Positions 25,475-38,006 of a DNA stretch of 64,000 bases are shown one piece after another; position 1 is the stretch's first letter; each line of letters starts with the position of its first letter. The translations under genes were made by a program, and so were the position numbers. This DNA comes from Sphaerodactylus townsendi. Lineage: Eukaryota. Location: the NCBI RefSeq assembly GCF_021028975.2, contig NC_059436.1, positions 1,984,001 through 2,048,000 of the forward strand, read 5' to 3'. The notes beneath the pieces were generated by a model that was given only the letters and a program-made list of their open reading frames with translations, searched no databases and was not told the origin of the DNA.

Positions 25475-25528
25475 TGCTAGATAACAATGGGCATGTTAGA
25501 TAACAATCCCATGTTAGATAACAATCCA
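25475..25528. repeat. Three-copy ~18-bp tandem repeat (tgttagataacaat core; mirror ~28097-28152)
   Basis: tgctagataacaatgggca tgttagataacaatccca tgttagataacaatcca. Confidence 0.8.
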
Positions 25529-26774
25529 TAAAGTTAATTAGCCCTAAACACTGAGTGGTTGCAAAGGTTTTATTAGGAAGAGATTAATTTGAGGCCTCTG
25601 AATAAGTAGCAAATATAATAGGAGCAACCAGGGCAATTGTTTTAGTGCGCTGGCATAAATTGGCTCATGGTTGATGTTTGGTCTTGTTTCAGAGGGTAGC
25701 TGTATTGGTTTGCAATAGAACTGTTAGATTTGAGTCCAGTAACACCTGACCCCATTCTTGCACGGGGGGATGACTTTTACCTGACACCTTAGAGACCATT
25801 AAGAATTTCACCTGTTTCATTTCTATTGTTATTTCCTGTTTCTGCACAGTATTGCCTAAGAAGTCATTTATCCCATAATTTATTCCATGAATTTCCCCGG
25901 CATCCCTTAATTTTCCCCAATTCCCTTCACCTACTGGTAGCATCCCCACCCTATCAAATCAATATACCTTAACAAATATTTAAATTTCTTTTTTTACAAT
26001 AGCCATACTTGATTCCATATTGAACACATTTGGCTGGAGTCCCATAGGTTATCCCGTTGGAGAAACATACATACAACCATCAGTTTGGGTTCCCAGGATC
26101 CCCACTTTGGAGCCACTCCCCGCAGCACTGTTTTGCTGGCCAGTGGGGGGGACTTAGCAGCAGCAAACTGAGGCCCTAGGTCCCTGTCACTGGAGACATG
26201 TTGACATCAGAAATGCAACATTGCTGGCAACAATCCAGCAACATTCTGGCAACAATCCTACACAGCCTGGGCCCTTGTAGCTGACTGCTGGTAACCCTCC
26301 CACCCTCGCCACAGTTAGCCACTTTGTATTTGAAATCTTGGCCCTGATCCTGCTGAATTTCTTTTCCCTACCACATCCAATCACTGGGTTAACCTGGAAA
26401 GCAGGCTTTCTCTGCACAGCCTCCCCCCACCAACAACCAAATGGTTGCCACATGTTTCTAGAGTAGAGAATGTGTAAGCTTTTTCAAATAAGTCCTTCAT
26501 AGACAAGCTGTTACTCCTGACACCACATAGATCTCCCAGAGGATCAACTCTTTCTCAATATTCTGGGGGCTGAAACTAGAGTTCTTTTAAGCTAGTCTAA
26601 TGTAAATATTTAGAAGGAAAGAGTAGAATGCATACACATTTTCCATGTTTACATCCTTGTTTATTTATATTGGTGAGAAACTTCCTGAGAAGGGCACACT
26701 CTCTTTAAAAGGAGCCTACATTGTCAGCATTACCCAGAGCATGGATATTCAACCCAGTCTTGGTCAGCAAGGGA

Positions 26775-26865
26775 NNNNNNNNNNNNNNNNNNNNNNNNNN
26801 NNNNNNNNNNNNNNNNNNNNNNNNNNNNNNNNNNNNNNNNNNNNNNNNNNNNNNNNNNNNNNNNN
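26775..26865. other. Assembly gap (91 N) at the symmetry axis of the inverted duplication
   Basis: Run of n followed by 9 unpaired bases gaatggcac (26866-26874). Confidence 0.99.
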
Positions 26866-29800
26866 GAATGGCACTCCCTTGCTGACCAAGACTGCTGAAT
26901 ATCCATGCTCTGCAATGCTGACAATGTAGGCTCCTTTTAAAGAGTGTGCCCTTCTCAGAAGTTTCTCACCAATATAAATAAACAAGGATGTAAACATGGA
27001 AAATGTGTATGCATTCTACTTTCCTTCTAAATATTTACATTAGACTAGTTTAAAAGAACTCTAGTTTCAGCCCCCAGAATATTGAAAGAGTTGATCCTCT
27101 GGGAGACGATGTGGTGTCAGGAGTAACAGTTTGTCTATGAAGGACTTATTTTGAAAAGCTTGGCTGCATTCCCTACTCTAGGAACATGTGGCAACCATTT
27201 GGTTGTTGGTGGGGGGAGGCTGTGCAGAGAAAGCCTGCTTTCCAGGTTAACCTGGTGATTGGATGTGGTAGGGAAAAGAAATTCAGCAGGATCAGGGCCA
27301 AGATTTCAAATACAAAGTGGCTAACTGTGGCGAGGGGTGGAGGGTTACCAGCAGTCAGCTAAGGCCCAGGCTGTGTAGGATTGTTGCCAGAATGTTGTTG
27401 GATTGTTGCCAGCAATGTTGCATTTCTGATGTCAATATGTCACCAGTGACAGGGACCTAGGCCTCAGTTTGCTGCTGCTAAGTCCCCCCACTGGCCAGCA
27501 AAACAGTGCTGCGGGGAGCGGCTCCAAAGTGGGGATCCTGGGAACCCAAACTGATGGCTGTATGTATGTTTCTCCAACGGGACAACCTATGGGACTCCAG
27601 CCAAATGTGTTCAATATGGAATCAAGTATGGCTATTGTAAAAAAGAAATTTAAATATTTGTTAAGGTATATTGGACGGATAGGTGGGGATGCTACCAGTA
27701 GGTGAAGGGAATTGGGGAAAATTATGGGATAAATGGGGAAATTATGGAATAAATTATGGGATAAATGACTTCTTAGCAATACTGTGCAGAAACAGAAATA
27801 ATAGAAATGAACAGGTGAAATTCTTAATGGTCTCTAAGGTGTCAGGTAAAAGTCATCCCCTGTGCAAGAATGGGGTCAGGTGTTACTGGACTCAAATCTA
27901 ACAGTTCTATTGCAAACCAATACAGCTACCCTCTGAAACAAGAATTCAAACATCAACCATGAGCCAATTTATGCCAGCGCACTAAAACAATTGCCCTGGT
28001 TGCTCCTGCTTATATTTGCTACTTATTGTGAGGCCTCAAATTAATCTCTTCCTAATAAAACCTTTGCAACCACCAGTGTTTAGGCTACTAACTTTATGGA
28101 TTGTTATCTAACATGGATTGTTATCTAACATGCCCATTGTTATCTAACATGCCCATTCATCAGTAATGTTAAATTGCACATTTTCAGTTTTCACTGCTTC
28201 TTTGTTAATCTCTTGGGTCTGAATGTTGATATAGGATCCTGAAGGGAAAGATTTTGGGGGAGGCAACTTCCAAATTACTTATTACACACACACATCCTGT
28301 GAAGTTTAGTACTTTCCCCAGCTTTTAAATACCTTTCCTCCGTCAACCAAAGTTTGATTCCCACACCAGCTTGAAGGAATCAAAATTTCACACAAGCTAT
28401 AAATCCGGCTGCACACAAAACGTGTCTCAGGGCTACAGATCTAAGTGCTGTGAAGGGGTGCCCAGCAGCTTCCAGCCCCAATGTGGGCAGTTGGAAACAG
28501 AAGGAAGTAATAAGGGACAAACCAAGTGGAGATTAAGCTTCAGATCACACTGCCCATCTTGCGTCTGCACCACCCAATTTCTTCTGCAGGCAAGTGGAGG
28601 CAAGCGTTTCAAAGTTCTTTCTCCTTTTTCCTAGTATGTTACTGTTCTGTTCTTTGGTTGCGTACTGCCTACACGTAACCCATAGAGCACTATACCAGCT
28701 TAAGAGCCTCTGGCCCTGTGTATATAATTACAGGAGTCAAATTGATTTTCTGCTCTCTCCAAATGCTTCCTAGTAAACCATATTGATTTCCATTATTTGC
28801 CCTCCGGTATTTTACGTTTTAAACAGGTGCTGGGTCGAGTAGCACAACTGAGGAGCACCAGCAGCACACTTGCCCAACTGCTCTCAGATTATCTTCAGTT
28901 ACTATGAAGTGTCTCAGAGCATAATTTGCAGGTATGATTATGTCGCCAGGACCACTTTTATGTTGACATCACTTGGTGGATTCCTTTTAACATTTCCCTT
29001 GGTTTAAACAAATCAGCCACATGAACATGTTATGCCACCCAGCCCAAGAAGAGCAAAAGTACCACATAAGGGTCTTCCTTCCTCCATTTTATCCTCCAAA
29101 TAACCACATGAAGAAGGTGAGTGTGAATAGCCAAGGAGCTTTACTGCTGAGGGATACTTGGAACTCAAATCTCTCCAGCTGTAGCCCACTGAGTCACACT
29201 AGTGCTCTAGCTATCATCTGAAGCCAACAATGAAATTCAAAATAATAGCATTAACATTTTTGAGCAAATGCCAACTATGATTTAGTTATTTCATACAAAA
29301 CTTCAAGTGTAGGTTGTTGTTTTTAATTCATCTGTGAAACGGATGATGCTTCAAAACTGTCAGGTCAAAGTCACACAACTTCAGAGTTCCAAAGCCACTG
29401 CAGAGACAGTTTTCTGGATTCAATCTTGCACCAGAGCAATACAAATTTGATTATGTCTTATAAAGCTTACCTGCTTTGACTTCTGTCTCTTATTTTGTTC
29501 AGCCCTCACTTAAAAAAAACAAAACAGCCCTTGCCTTGCGTTGCTGAAAATGGAAATTGGAATTAAACTCTTCCACTTATGACAGCTCAGGGGGGGGAAA
29601 GCATTTTGGGGACTGAATCCAGAGCTATGACCAAAATTCCAAAAAGCTGAAATCTGCATGGAGAGGGAGTCAAATGGGGGTGTTGGATACATTTCATACA
29701 ATTTAACAGCTGATAAAGTAGAGACTATCACAATAAATAAAAAGTGATTCTGTCCAAAAGGTTAAGAAATACTGGTTTTGTCTCCAGAAAGGCTTGGACA

Positions 29801-31445
29801 GTGAGATTATCACTTCTCAGTTTTAAAAATTAGTAACCCTGAAGTTTTTATGGTATATCTTTCAGAGGATTTATTGGCTCATAAAACAAGTTTTTAGCCA
29901 GGATCTAAATGCTGCCTTTCAGAGTCCTTATGTGAAAGGTTCCAATCCTCATCCACTAACTTCACAAGAGCCCCACTGGAACTGCTGCCTAGAGATAACA
30001 ACAGGCTAATTTCAGGATAAGATTTCAGCCAATTCATGCTTTTAAATGGTTTGTCACGGTTCTTTCCTTTCTTTCATTTTTTTTTCCCTCCCAGGGCAAA
30101 ATACAGCAAGTGCCAAATGGATTCTTCAGGGAGAAGAAACCATTTCGATTTACTGGGGAATGAATTTGCTTTATATGGTAACCAAAGCCAGCTGAAGGAG
30201 ATTGTCCTTATTAAAGGTTTTCATTAAACTGAATGTGACTCTTAGCCCCCTTCCTGCTTTTATGTTCCACCAAATGGAGTGTGTCGTTTTAAAAAGCTGG
30301 ATCCATCAGCTGGTACCGGCTGGAAGGCCACTCCGGGAAGGGGATTTTCTGTTGCAAGGGAAGTCCAAAACCACCACTCTGCATTGTGCTGAATAAGGAC
30401 AAAAAGTAAGCCTGTGCTCAAAGTTGATTGCTCAAATAGAAGATCCAGAAGTTTTAGTTTCAGTCGGAAAGAGACATTTCCATCTCAAATGCCTACTGCC
30501 TGCTCAGAGAATAGTATAACCCAGTTTTATGGTCTGCAAATCAAGTTAAGGTGGGTAAAGCTAGTGGATTGACTGGGTTTGGGAGGAGCCAGTGGGATAG
30601 CATCTGCTTTGCATGCAGAATGTCCTAAACGTAATCCCCAGTATCTCATATTAAAAGAATCGGGTAGTAGGTGATATAAATTTTTACCTGTGATGCTGTC
30701 ACTTTAAGTCAGAATAGACAGTACTGGTTTGGAAAACAAGCATTTTTGGAACTGGAGTGAGGGTACAACCAGGATTAATTTATTAGTTGTATTTGGAATA
30801 GTTTTCAGTTTGGAATAGCTTTTTTCAGTTTTGGAATAGGGTGTTTTTTTTAATCATGTTCAGAATAGTTTGTATTGGGGGTGGTTCTGTGCCAGGGCTA
30901 ATCACCACAATCAAATTGTAGCTGTTCTGTCATTAGCATCCTAAATTTAGAACAGAAGACCCACAAGTCTTCTTCCACTAAAACCATTCATCTCCCATCT
31001 TTTTCCATTCATTGGGGGGGGGGGATCATATGACAATCATAATTTCACTTCTTTTTTGTTCATTAATGTTGGCAGAGGTATATTTTCACACACTCACAAC
31101 CCAATTTGAGCTGATTAGCACCCTGACATCATGACAGTATATCACTACTCTGTCATCACTTACCTGCACACAGAATTTCAGGGGCAGATTCAGAGGCCAA
31201 AATGGCTTTTGCCTTTTTATTGTCTTTATAATTGTCTTTTAAAATTTTTCTTTCTTCCTCCTCTCCTTTTGCTTCTTTCTCTCTTCCTCCCACTACCATT
31301 TCTATTATCTACAATGATCTCCATCTCCCATTCCACTCCTGGTTCCTAACAGTTCCTTACCTTTCCTTCTTTGACCCTTTTCAGATTCTTTTCCCTATCA
31401 AACCATCCCTCTTACCTGCCCTTCTTGACCTTTCTTTGTTATGAT

Positions 31446-31690
31446 TGGTTCTGGTGGGTTTTCTGGGCTGTGTGGCCATGGTCTGGTGGATCTTGTTCCT
31501 AACGTTTCGGCTGCATCTGTGGCTGGCATCTTCAGAGGTGTAACAGACTTCCCTCTGTGATACACCTCTGAAGATGCCAGCCACAGATGTAAGTGAAATG
31601 TTAGGAACAAGATCCACCAGACCACGGCCACACAGCCCGGAAAACCCACCAGAACCAGTTGAATCCAGCTGTGAAAGCCTTTGACAATAC
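31446..31690. mobile_element. Penelope-like element terminal fragment, ~95-bp inverted pair carrying a hammerhead-ribozyme-like motif
   Basis: Arms 31446-31542 and 31561-31658 around an ~18-nt spacer. Motif CCT-CTGAAGA-stem-GAAACGTT-AGG on the minus strand (31498-31538), with a decayed copy on the plus strand (31565-31605). Confidence 0.72.
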
Positions 31691-33264
31691 TTCGTTATGA
31701 TTGTTTTACATGTTCTTATTTTAAGAGTATTTTAAAAAGAAAAGAAATTGAGAACAAAGATATGGTAAATCATCATCAGCTGACTAGATGTAAGAAATTT
31801 TAATGTTAAACCAGTATTTTAGCTGTCAAACTGGAGCAGGTGTAAATAAGGAAACTGGTGTAGAAAACTATCTTTTACAATCTTGACATTTTGATTGTTC
31901 ATAGGGGTGAAGGAAGAGCCTTCATTTCTCCCTTGTGAATTCAAGTCCTATCTATCTATTGCTTCCTGTGTGGTTAAGTAGAAAGCTTTGTGTTAAATGT
32001 TAAGAGGTTAAAAATACTTCTCTAAACTTTGTGCTGGAATTCTTGTTTATGAGTTGTCTGGAGAGGAACTGGGAATCATTGGCACATTGTTCAATAAATA
32101 AAAAGCCAGACACATCTTGTTTCCACTTTTTACGTTAGGTTCTGCCTATAAAGGATGATACACGAGTCCTCGCAGAATGTACGAAACTGATCTATTGCAT
32201 CATCATACATCATTTTCTCATCAAAAACAGTTACTACTTTGACATTGTCACTTAAAGTAATTTGTATGCTACATTAAAAAAAATTACCATATTGACTAAG
32301 CCCTGCTATGCTTTCATGGTTTCAGAAAACACGCCACAGCTGGATTGAGTGCCATTCCAACTGTTTTTATCTAGCCACCATGTTAATCAGGGCTGGATTA
32401 AAATTATGCATGTAGAATAAAGACCTAACCATACCATCACATCCTCTGTGGAGTAATTATAAGGGAGTTTTCTCAACATGGCCTCCTTGAGGTCTGGTTG
32501 ACACTCCTTCAATTCTCATAATTCAAATTCTCCAAATTCAAAGAAGATTGATTTGTGACCTTGTGTTTCCAGGTATACTACAAATGGATCAGAAGGGTTA
32601 AAAGGAATTATGGGATGCTCTGTGTGTGAGCATGCATGTCATCTTTCTCCATAGGACATAAAAACAGCCCAGCAGGATTAAATCAGTGGTCTATCTAATC
32701 CAGTATGAATCCCAGGGTATTACTCCAGTGGGTTGACATCACTTCTGATGCAATACTGAAGAGCCCCCTTCATTTTTCCCCTGCCAGCCTGATAAGTGGG
32801 GACCAGATACGGGGAATGCAGGCAGGAGCCCCTCTCCAAATTTCAGGTGCTTTTGAATTTGTTTTTAGCTCACCCCCAACTGGGAGTCTAAACTAGAGTC
32901 TCATGCACACATTGTTGGAATATAGCATTATCTTTGTGCTATAGTAATAATTCTCAACTGAATTTTCCTATGTGGACAAGTTCATCCAGTTGCAAACGAT
33001 TGCTGTTGTGCAACCCTGGTTGAATATACAACCTAGCAGCTACAAAGTCAAATGGAACAAAGAATCATTAACAAGAGAAGTATATTTATTTAGGATATTT
33101 CTATGCCACTTCTTCATATACATGCCCAAGGCAGCTTACAATTAAAAACGACAAGTGTAGCAATTCACACCACAACATTTTATGAAGACATCCTACCAAA
33201 GCAACAAAGAGGACAAAATGAGGGCAGTAATGTATTTGGGACTGAAGCAGTTGGAGTTTATGGC

Positions 33265-33715
33265 CATTTCCGCATGGCCACGGTGGGGGTTGGGTTTGCG
33301 TACATGACGCTGACCCAACCCCTCTTGGACCGTTCACACGAATGGTCCCAGAAACTACCGGGACAACGGCGCCACGCTGTGCCATTGCCCGGGTGACCTA
33401 CCATCTCTGCGACAGTCCAGCGCATCGCCAAGGCCAGGGGACATGCCCCCCTGCCCTGCTCGACCGCTCCAGACGGCCACAGAGACGGTAGGTCCACCGG
33501 TCACAGGGGGGAGGGATGGCGCCTTCCAGCCGCTGCCGTTCACATGGCAGTGGCTGGAAGCCGCCGTTTTCTGTAAACCTCGCTGGGGAAGCGAGGTCAG
33601 AAAACGGTGGCTTCGCGTCGCTCGGGAGGTGCGAGGGCGGCGCGGCTGCGCAGCAGCTACGCCCCCCGTGCGAACAGCTCCCTGGGGACGGCGTTTTTGC
33701 TGTCCCCAGGGCGCT
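33265..33715 (+). promoter_or_regulatory. CpG island, putative promoter/first exon (right-arm copy)
   Basis: Mirror of 19700-20165, with candidate donor ACG|GTAGGT at 33487/33488. Confidence 0.55.
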
Positions 33716-36319
33716 GTTTATGGCCCATGCAGAAAGGGCCTATGCAAGGGCCTTTGGAAGAAAAAGTTAGTTTCTCCTCTGGTCTTTCATCATCATAATG
33801 AATTTTTGGCCTTTTTCAAGAATATCTTAACTGTAGTTTGCAACAGCCTCTTTCTTCGTGGGGTCTGTTTGCATCTTCCGTGAATTTCCTTTCAGATCTG
33901 TGAAAATTCACCTAGACTAATCCAATATATAAGGCACAGGGCTAAAAACTGCTGCCATGCATTTAGCTGCATTCAGGAACAAGGCTGAGAAACAAGATCT
34001 TGGACGCGAGCCATTGTCTTATTACTTATTACTTATTAACTTATTCTTTTTTTCATAGCCCTCAGCATAGCAAGGAGCCTTACTTTAATTATAAACAGGA
34101 CTGAAGAAGCCACAAGGGGAAATCGTACAGTATTGGAGTCAGCTAACGGTTGCTTTGCTGATTACACAGGGACTCTTATCAAAGCTGGCACAAAATGAGG
34201 GCTGCAAAGAGATTGGACTGGAAGCTACCGGCAATGCAGTCAATGCGTGGGAGAGAGCTTGGAAACGGACATAATTCTGCCGAATTGAATTCTCCACGGA
34301 GAACCTCTCCCTCCTCTCCAGGCCTGTCATTCAAGGAAACAGGAGACAAATATGAAACAAATCCCAGGAGGCTGGGAAATAAAATAAACTGTACAACCTC
34401 CTGGCTTTTAATTTCAGTGTCAGGAAAGGGAAAGACTTTATCACAACAGCTCATTACTTGCAAAGTCTTGAAAGGAAAAAAAAACACCTCCCAACTTTTA
34501 TCTTCAAGTCTCCCAATAGCTGATGACTACTGCTTGGTCATTGTGCCAGTCATCAAGAGGAGTTGGCTGCACTTGTTCATCTAAAAGATCACGATAAAAT
34601 CTTCACAGTATGGCTGCTGAAAGTGCAAACTACCCCATGCGACACCAAGCCATCCTAGAAATCTTTTACTTTTCCTAGGGGGTGGCGGGATAGGCCAAGG
34701 TCCCACAGGATTCAATCAGGGCCTCATTTCAGGGGAAATGGAAATCAGGTGAAGTCAAGAGATTCAAGGTAGTTACTGATGGGCTATTAAAAATGTAATT
34801 TGGGGAAAAGAGTATTATGAGTCTTTGGCTTAAATTAGATAAGACAGAAACCACAAATCTCTGCCACCCAACATCTTCATAAACTCAATTACAACTGAGT
34901 GGGTGGCCAGTTTTGACCAGGACACTGCAGAGAGGGAAGAGATATATTGACCATTCCTCTCCTGCACAGTTTTGTCAACAGACGGTAGAAAAAAACACAG
35001 GGGAAAAAGGCAGTGCAAACAGAAAAACCCCACTGGAAGGCAAAGACTGAGGATTGACTGCTTATCAAGTGGTAGTTGCATAAATGGCCTATGAGTGTGT
35101 CTGTCTCGCCCAGGGTCATGCAGCAAGCTCACGTGGCATTCAAAACTAGAGTATTCCAGATCCTATTCCAGCCAAAAGATACTCGTCTTCTTTCCATTCT
35201 CTTTCTCCCAAAATGCTGTAATGCTGCATAGACCCTGGTTTCATGAAATCTTTCCTCTCCTCATGTAGGCTCAATCTGAATTGGGACCTTATGTGGTTAT
35301 AAGTGCACTTGCTGGAAGGTCCACTCTCAACCCTCGCAGCCCCTCATCTGTTTTGCTCCTTTGTCAAAGATTCATTTTTGTACCCCACAGTCATGTAAGG
35401 ATGAATAATCACATGTGGTGTGACATGCAGAGGCATAGAAAGGGAACAAGTGCACATTCACCCTGCCTTCCACAAATAGTATCCCTGGACCCAAATCCTC
35501 AGTTCTTGTCTCAAATCCTGCCAGATGTTGGTTTTATTAAAAACACTGCAAAAAATAGATTAAAACCTAATTTTTAAAATATGCATATTTGCCTAATTTA
35601 GTTTACATAAAAATAGAATCCTTAGTGCTTAAAAAAGGAATACAGCTGCCACCATGTAAAATGCCTCTCGGCTTCCTTAGGTCTAGGGCCCTTTTGCTAA
35701 TTTATTTATTGGTTGGTTGGTTGGTTGGTTTAAAGCTTTCCTAGCCCATTTTCAGCCAACATATGTTTGTAAAGCAGCTGAGAACTTCAACTAAAGCAAC
35801 CATTATCTTCTTAATATCATAGAGGTGTAAAACTGAAAGACCAAGGTACCCAGCCCAAAAGAATAAAAACAGCATGATATTATGCATGAAGAAGAAAAAG
35901 AAGAAGCAGCAGCAGTGTTGGATTTATATCCCCCCTTTCTCTCTTAGAGCTTCCAGAATTATTTGAGGAAAGCCATGACAGTTACTTTGGATTCATATAT
36001 GACATAAAGATGTGTGTTAAAAGGGAGGCAGTTGGAAGAAGAAGAGTTGGATTTATATCCCTCCTTTCTCTCCTGTAAGGAGACTCAAAGGGGCTTACAA
36101 ACTCCTTTCCCTTCCCCCCTCACAACAAACACCCTGTGAGGTAGGTGGGGCTGAGAGAGCTCCAAAGAACTGTGACTAGCCCAAGGTCACCCAGCTGGCA
36201 TGTGTTGGAGTGCACAAGCTAATCTAGTTCACCAGATAAGCCTCCACAGCTCAAGTGGCAGGGCAAGGAATCAAACCCGATTCTCCAGATTAGAGTGGAT
36301 CTGTTCTTAACCACTATAC

Positions 36320-36467
36320 CAGGGGTAGGGAACCTGCGGCTCTCCAGATGTTCAGGAACTACAATTCCCATCAGCCCCTACCAGCATGGCCAATTGGCCA
36401 TGCTGACAGAGGCTGATGGGAATTGTAGTTCCTGAACATCTGGAGAGCCGCAGGTTCCCTACCCCTG
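36320..36467. mobile_element. 148-bp near-perfect palindromic hAT-type MITE
   Basis: TIR caggggtagggaacctgcggctctccagatgttcaggaactacaattcccatcagcc and its reverse complement around a central ggccaattggcc. 8-bp TSD cactatac at 36312-36319 and 36468-36475. Confidence 0.9.
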
Positions 36468-37866
36468 CACTATACCATTCTCGCTCTTAATTAAGCCTAA
36501 ATGCACTCTGCAATAAAACCATCTTGACCGCCTGCCTGACATCTGGATGGGATGGAACAAAATGGACCTCCCAGAGGACAGAAAACCCCACAAAACTGAA
36601 GGGCTGCTATCCGAAATGCCCTAATCTGTGTAACCATCCTATTGTCACCGTAACAGCAGGAGACTGTGAATTCACTCCCCTATTCTGCTCTGGTGGCCAG
36701 GAGAGACCTGGAACTCCTATACAGACCTGCCCTGCAGGTAAGTTCATAAGAAAACACATGAAGTATCCTGACCCCAGAGCATTTAAAACTAATCATCCAA
36801 TCAATCTGGGGATTCCCCTGGGTTTGTAGAATCCATGGCTGGCTTCAAAGTACAGGGTTTATTAATCTACATGGGAGCCAGCCCTTGCCTATTTGATATA
36901 AGGATGTTAAAATTTGATACATGCATTGTGTTCACTTACTATTTATCTCCATCACTTTTTAAATTCTGCCCAATATCCAAAAAACACCAGGAGCTGGATG
37001 TACATGTTGTAAAATGTGACTTTTAAAAATAATAAAGGCATGATCCAGTCCAAGTTTTCCTTCCTGAGAGTGACAATCTAACCTCATTCACCGCAGTAAT
37101 GGGCTGAGTGGTTTAGTAAGCCATCCATCCTTTCAATGTGTCACTATTTATTCAAGATTTGCTTGCGTCATAAAGTACAGCACACACACTGAGAAGTTTG
37201 CAACGATGGGAAAATTAATAAAAGGACCCTCCACAGTCTACAGCAAAGATCTGAGCCAGGTTACCAGCAACGGAAAGAGCTCAAGTGATCAGCTGCATAT
37301 GACATTATGTGTTCTGAGTTTCCTGGTAACCCAGCAAAGCAAGAAAGCAAGATGAGGGCTGCATTGTTCTCTCAGACAGATGGGGGAAAGATAGCTTGCA
37401 AAGCCACTCGCTTTCTTAGCAAGCTAGAAGGAAGCCGCATAACGGAGGGGTGCCGAACTCATTTGTTACAAGTCACATAAATGTGACTTGGTCAGGCCAG
37501 GCCCTATGGGTGGGGGGAGGACCTAATGGGTTATCTCAGTAATATTTACTCAAGAATCCCATGTGGGGGTTTTTCGACATGTCACTTGTGGCTCTTATGA
37601 GTAATGCTCCCCAGAGTGGCACCTGCCCTATGTTCCAGGAATGTGGTACAGTCATTGTCCTGTAGGACTTCAGGTGGGCAGATGGTTTCCACCTTGAAAC
37701 AGTCACTAGCACACAGACTGCAGGATGGGTTAGCTGCAAGATCCAGGTTTCATGCCAAGGATACAAACAAAGGGCCCATCTCTTCTGCAGCCTCTCATCC
37801 CAACAACTGGACAGCTGTTCCCCCCCCTCCTCATCCTGTACAGGAATGGGGCATCCAACAAGCATG

Positions 37867-38006
37867 GGCTCATTCCGCACATGCAGAATAATGCACTTTC
37901 AAACTGCTTTCAGTGCTCTTTGAAGCTGTGTGGAATGGCAAAATCCACTTGCAAACAGTTGTGAAAGAGTTTGAAAACGCATTATTTTGCGTGTGCGGAA
38001 GGGGCC
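37867..38006. mobile_element. 140-bp PIF/Harbinger-like MITE
   Basis: TIR ggctcattccgcac / gtgcggaaggggcc, 3-bp TSD atg (37864-37866, 38007-38009). An independent copy lies at 55866-56006. Confidence 0.75.

Larger units (their letters stand above)
1..26774 (+). repeat. Left arm of a giant inverted duplication (may extend beyond the window start)
   Basis: Bases 1-60 (ccattgaagtcctactcttcaaacc...) reverse-complement to ~49564-49623. The end ...ggtcagcaaggga (26774) mirrors tcccttgctgacc (26875). Mirrored ORFs appear throughout the track, e.g. 1534-1740(-)/47848-48054(+) and 2682-2873(-)/46705-46896(+) are identical. Confidence 0.97.
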
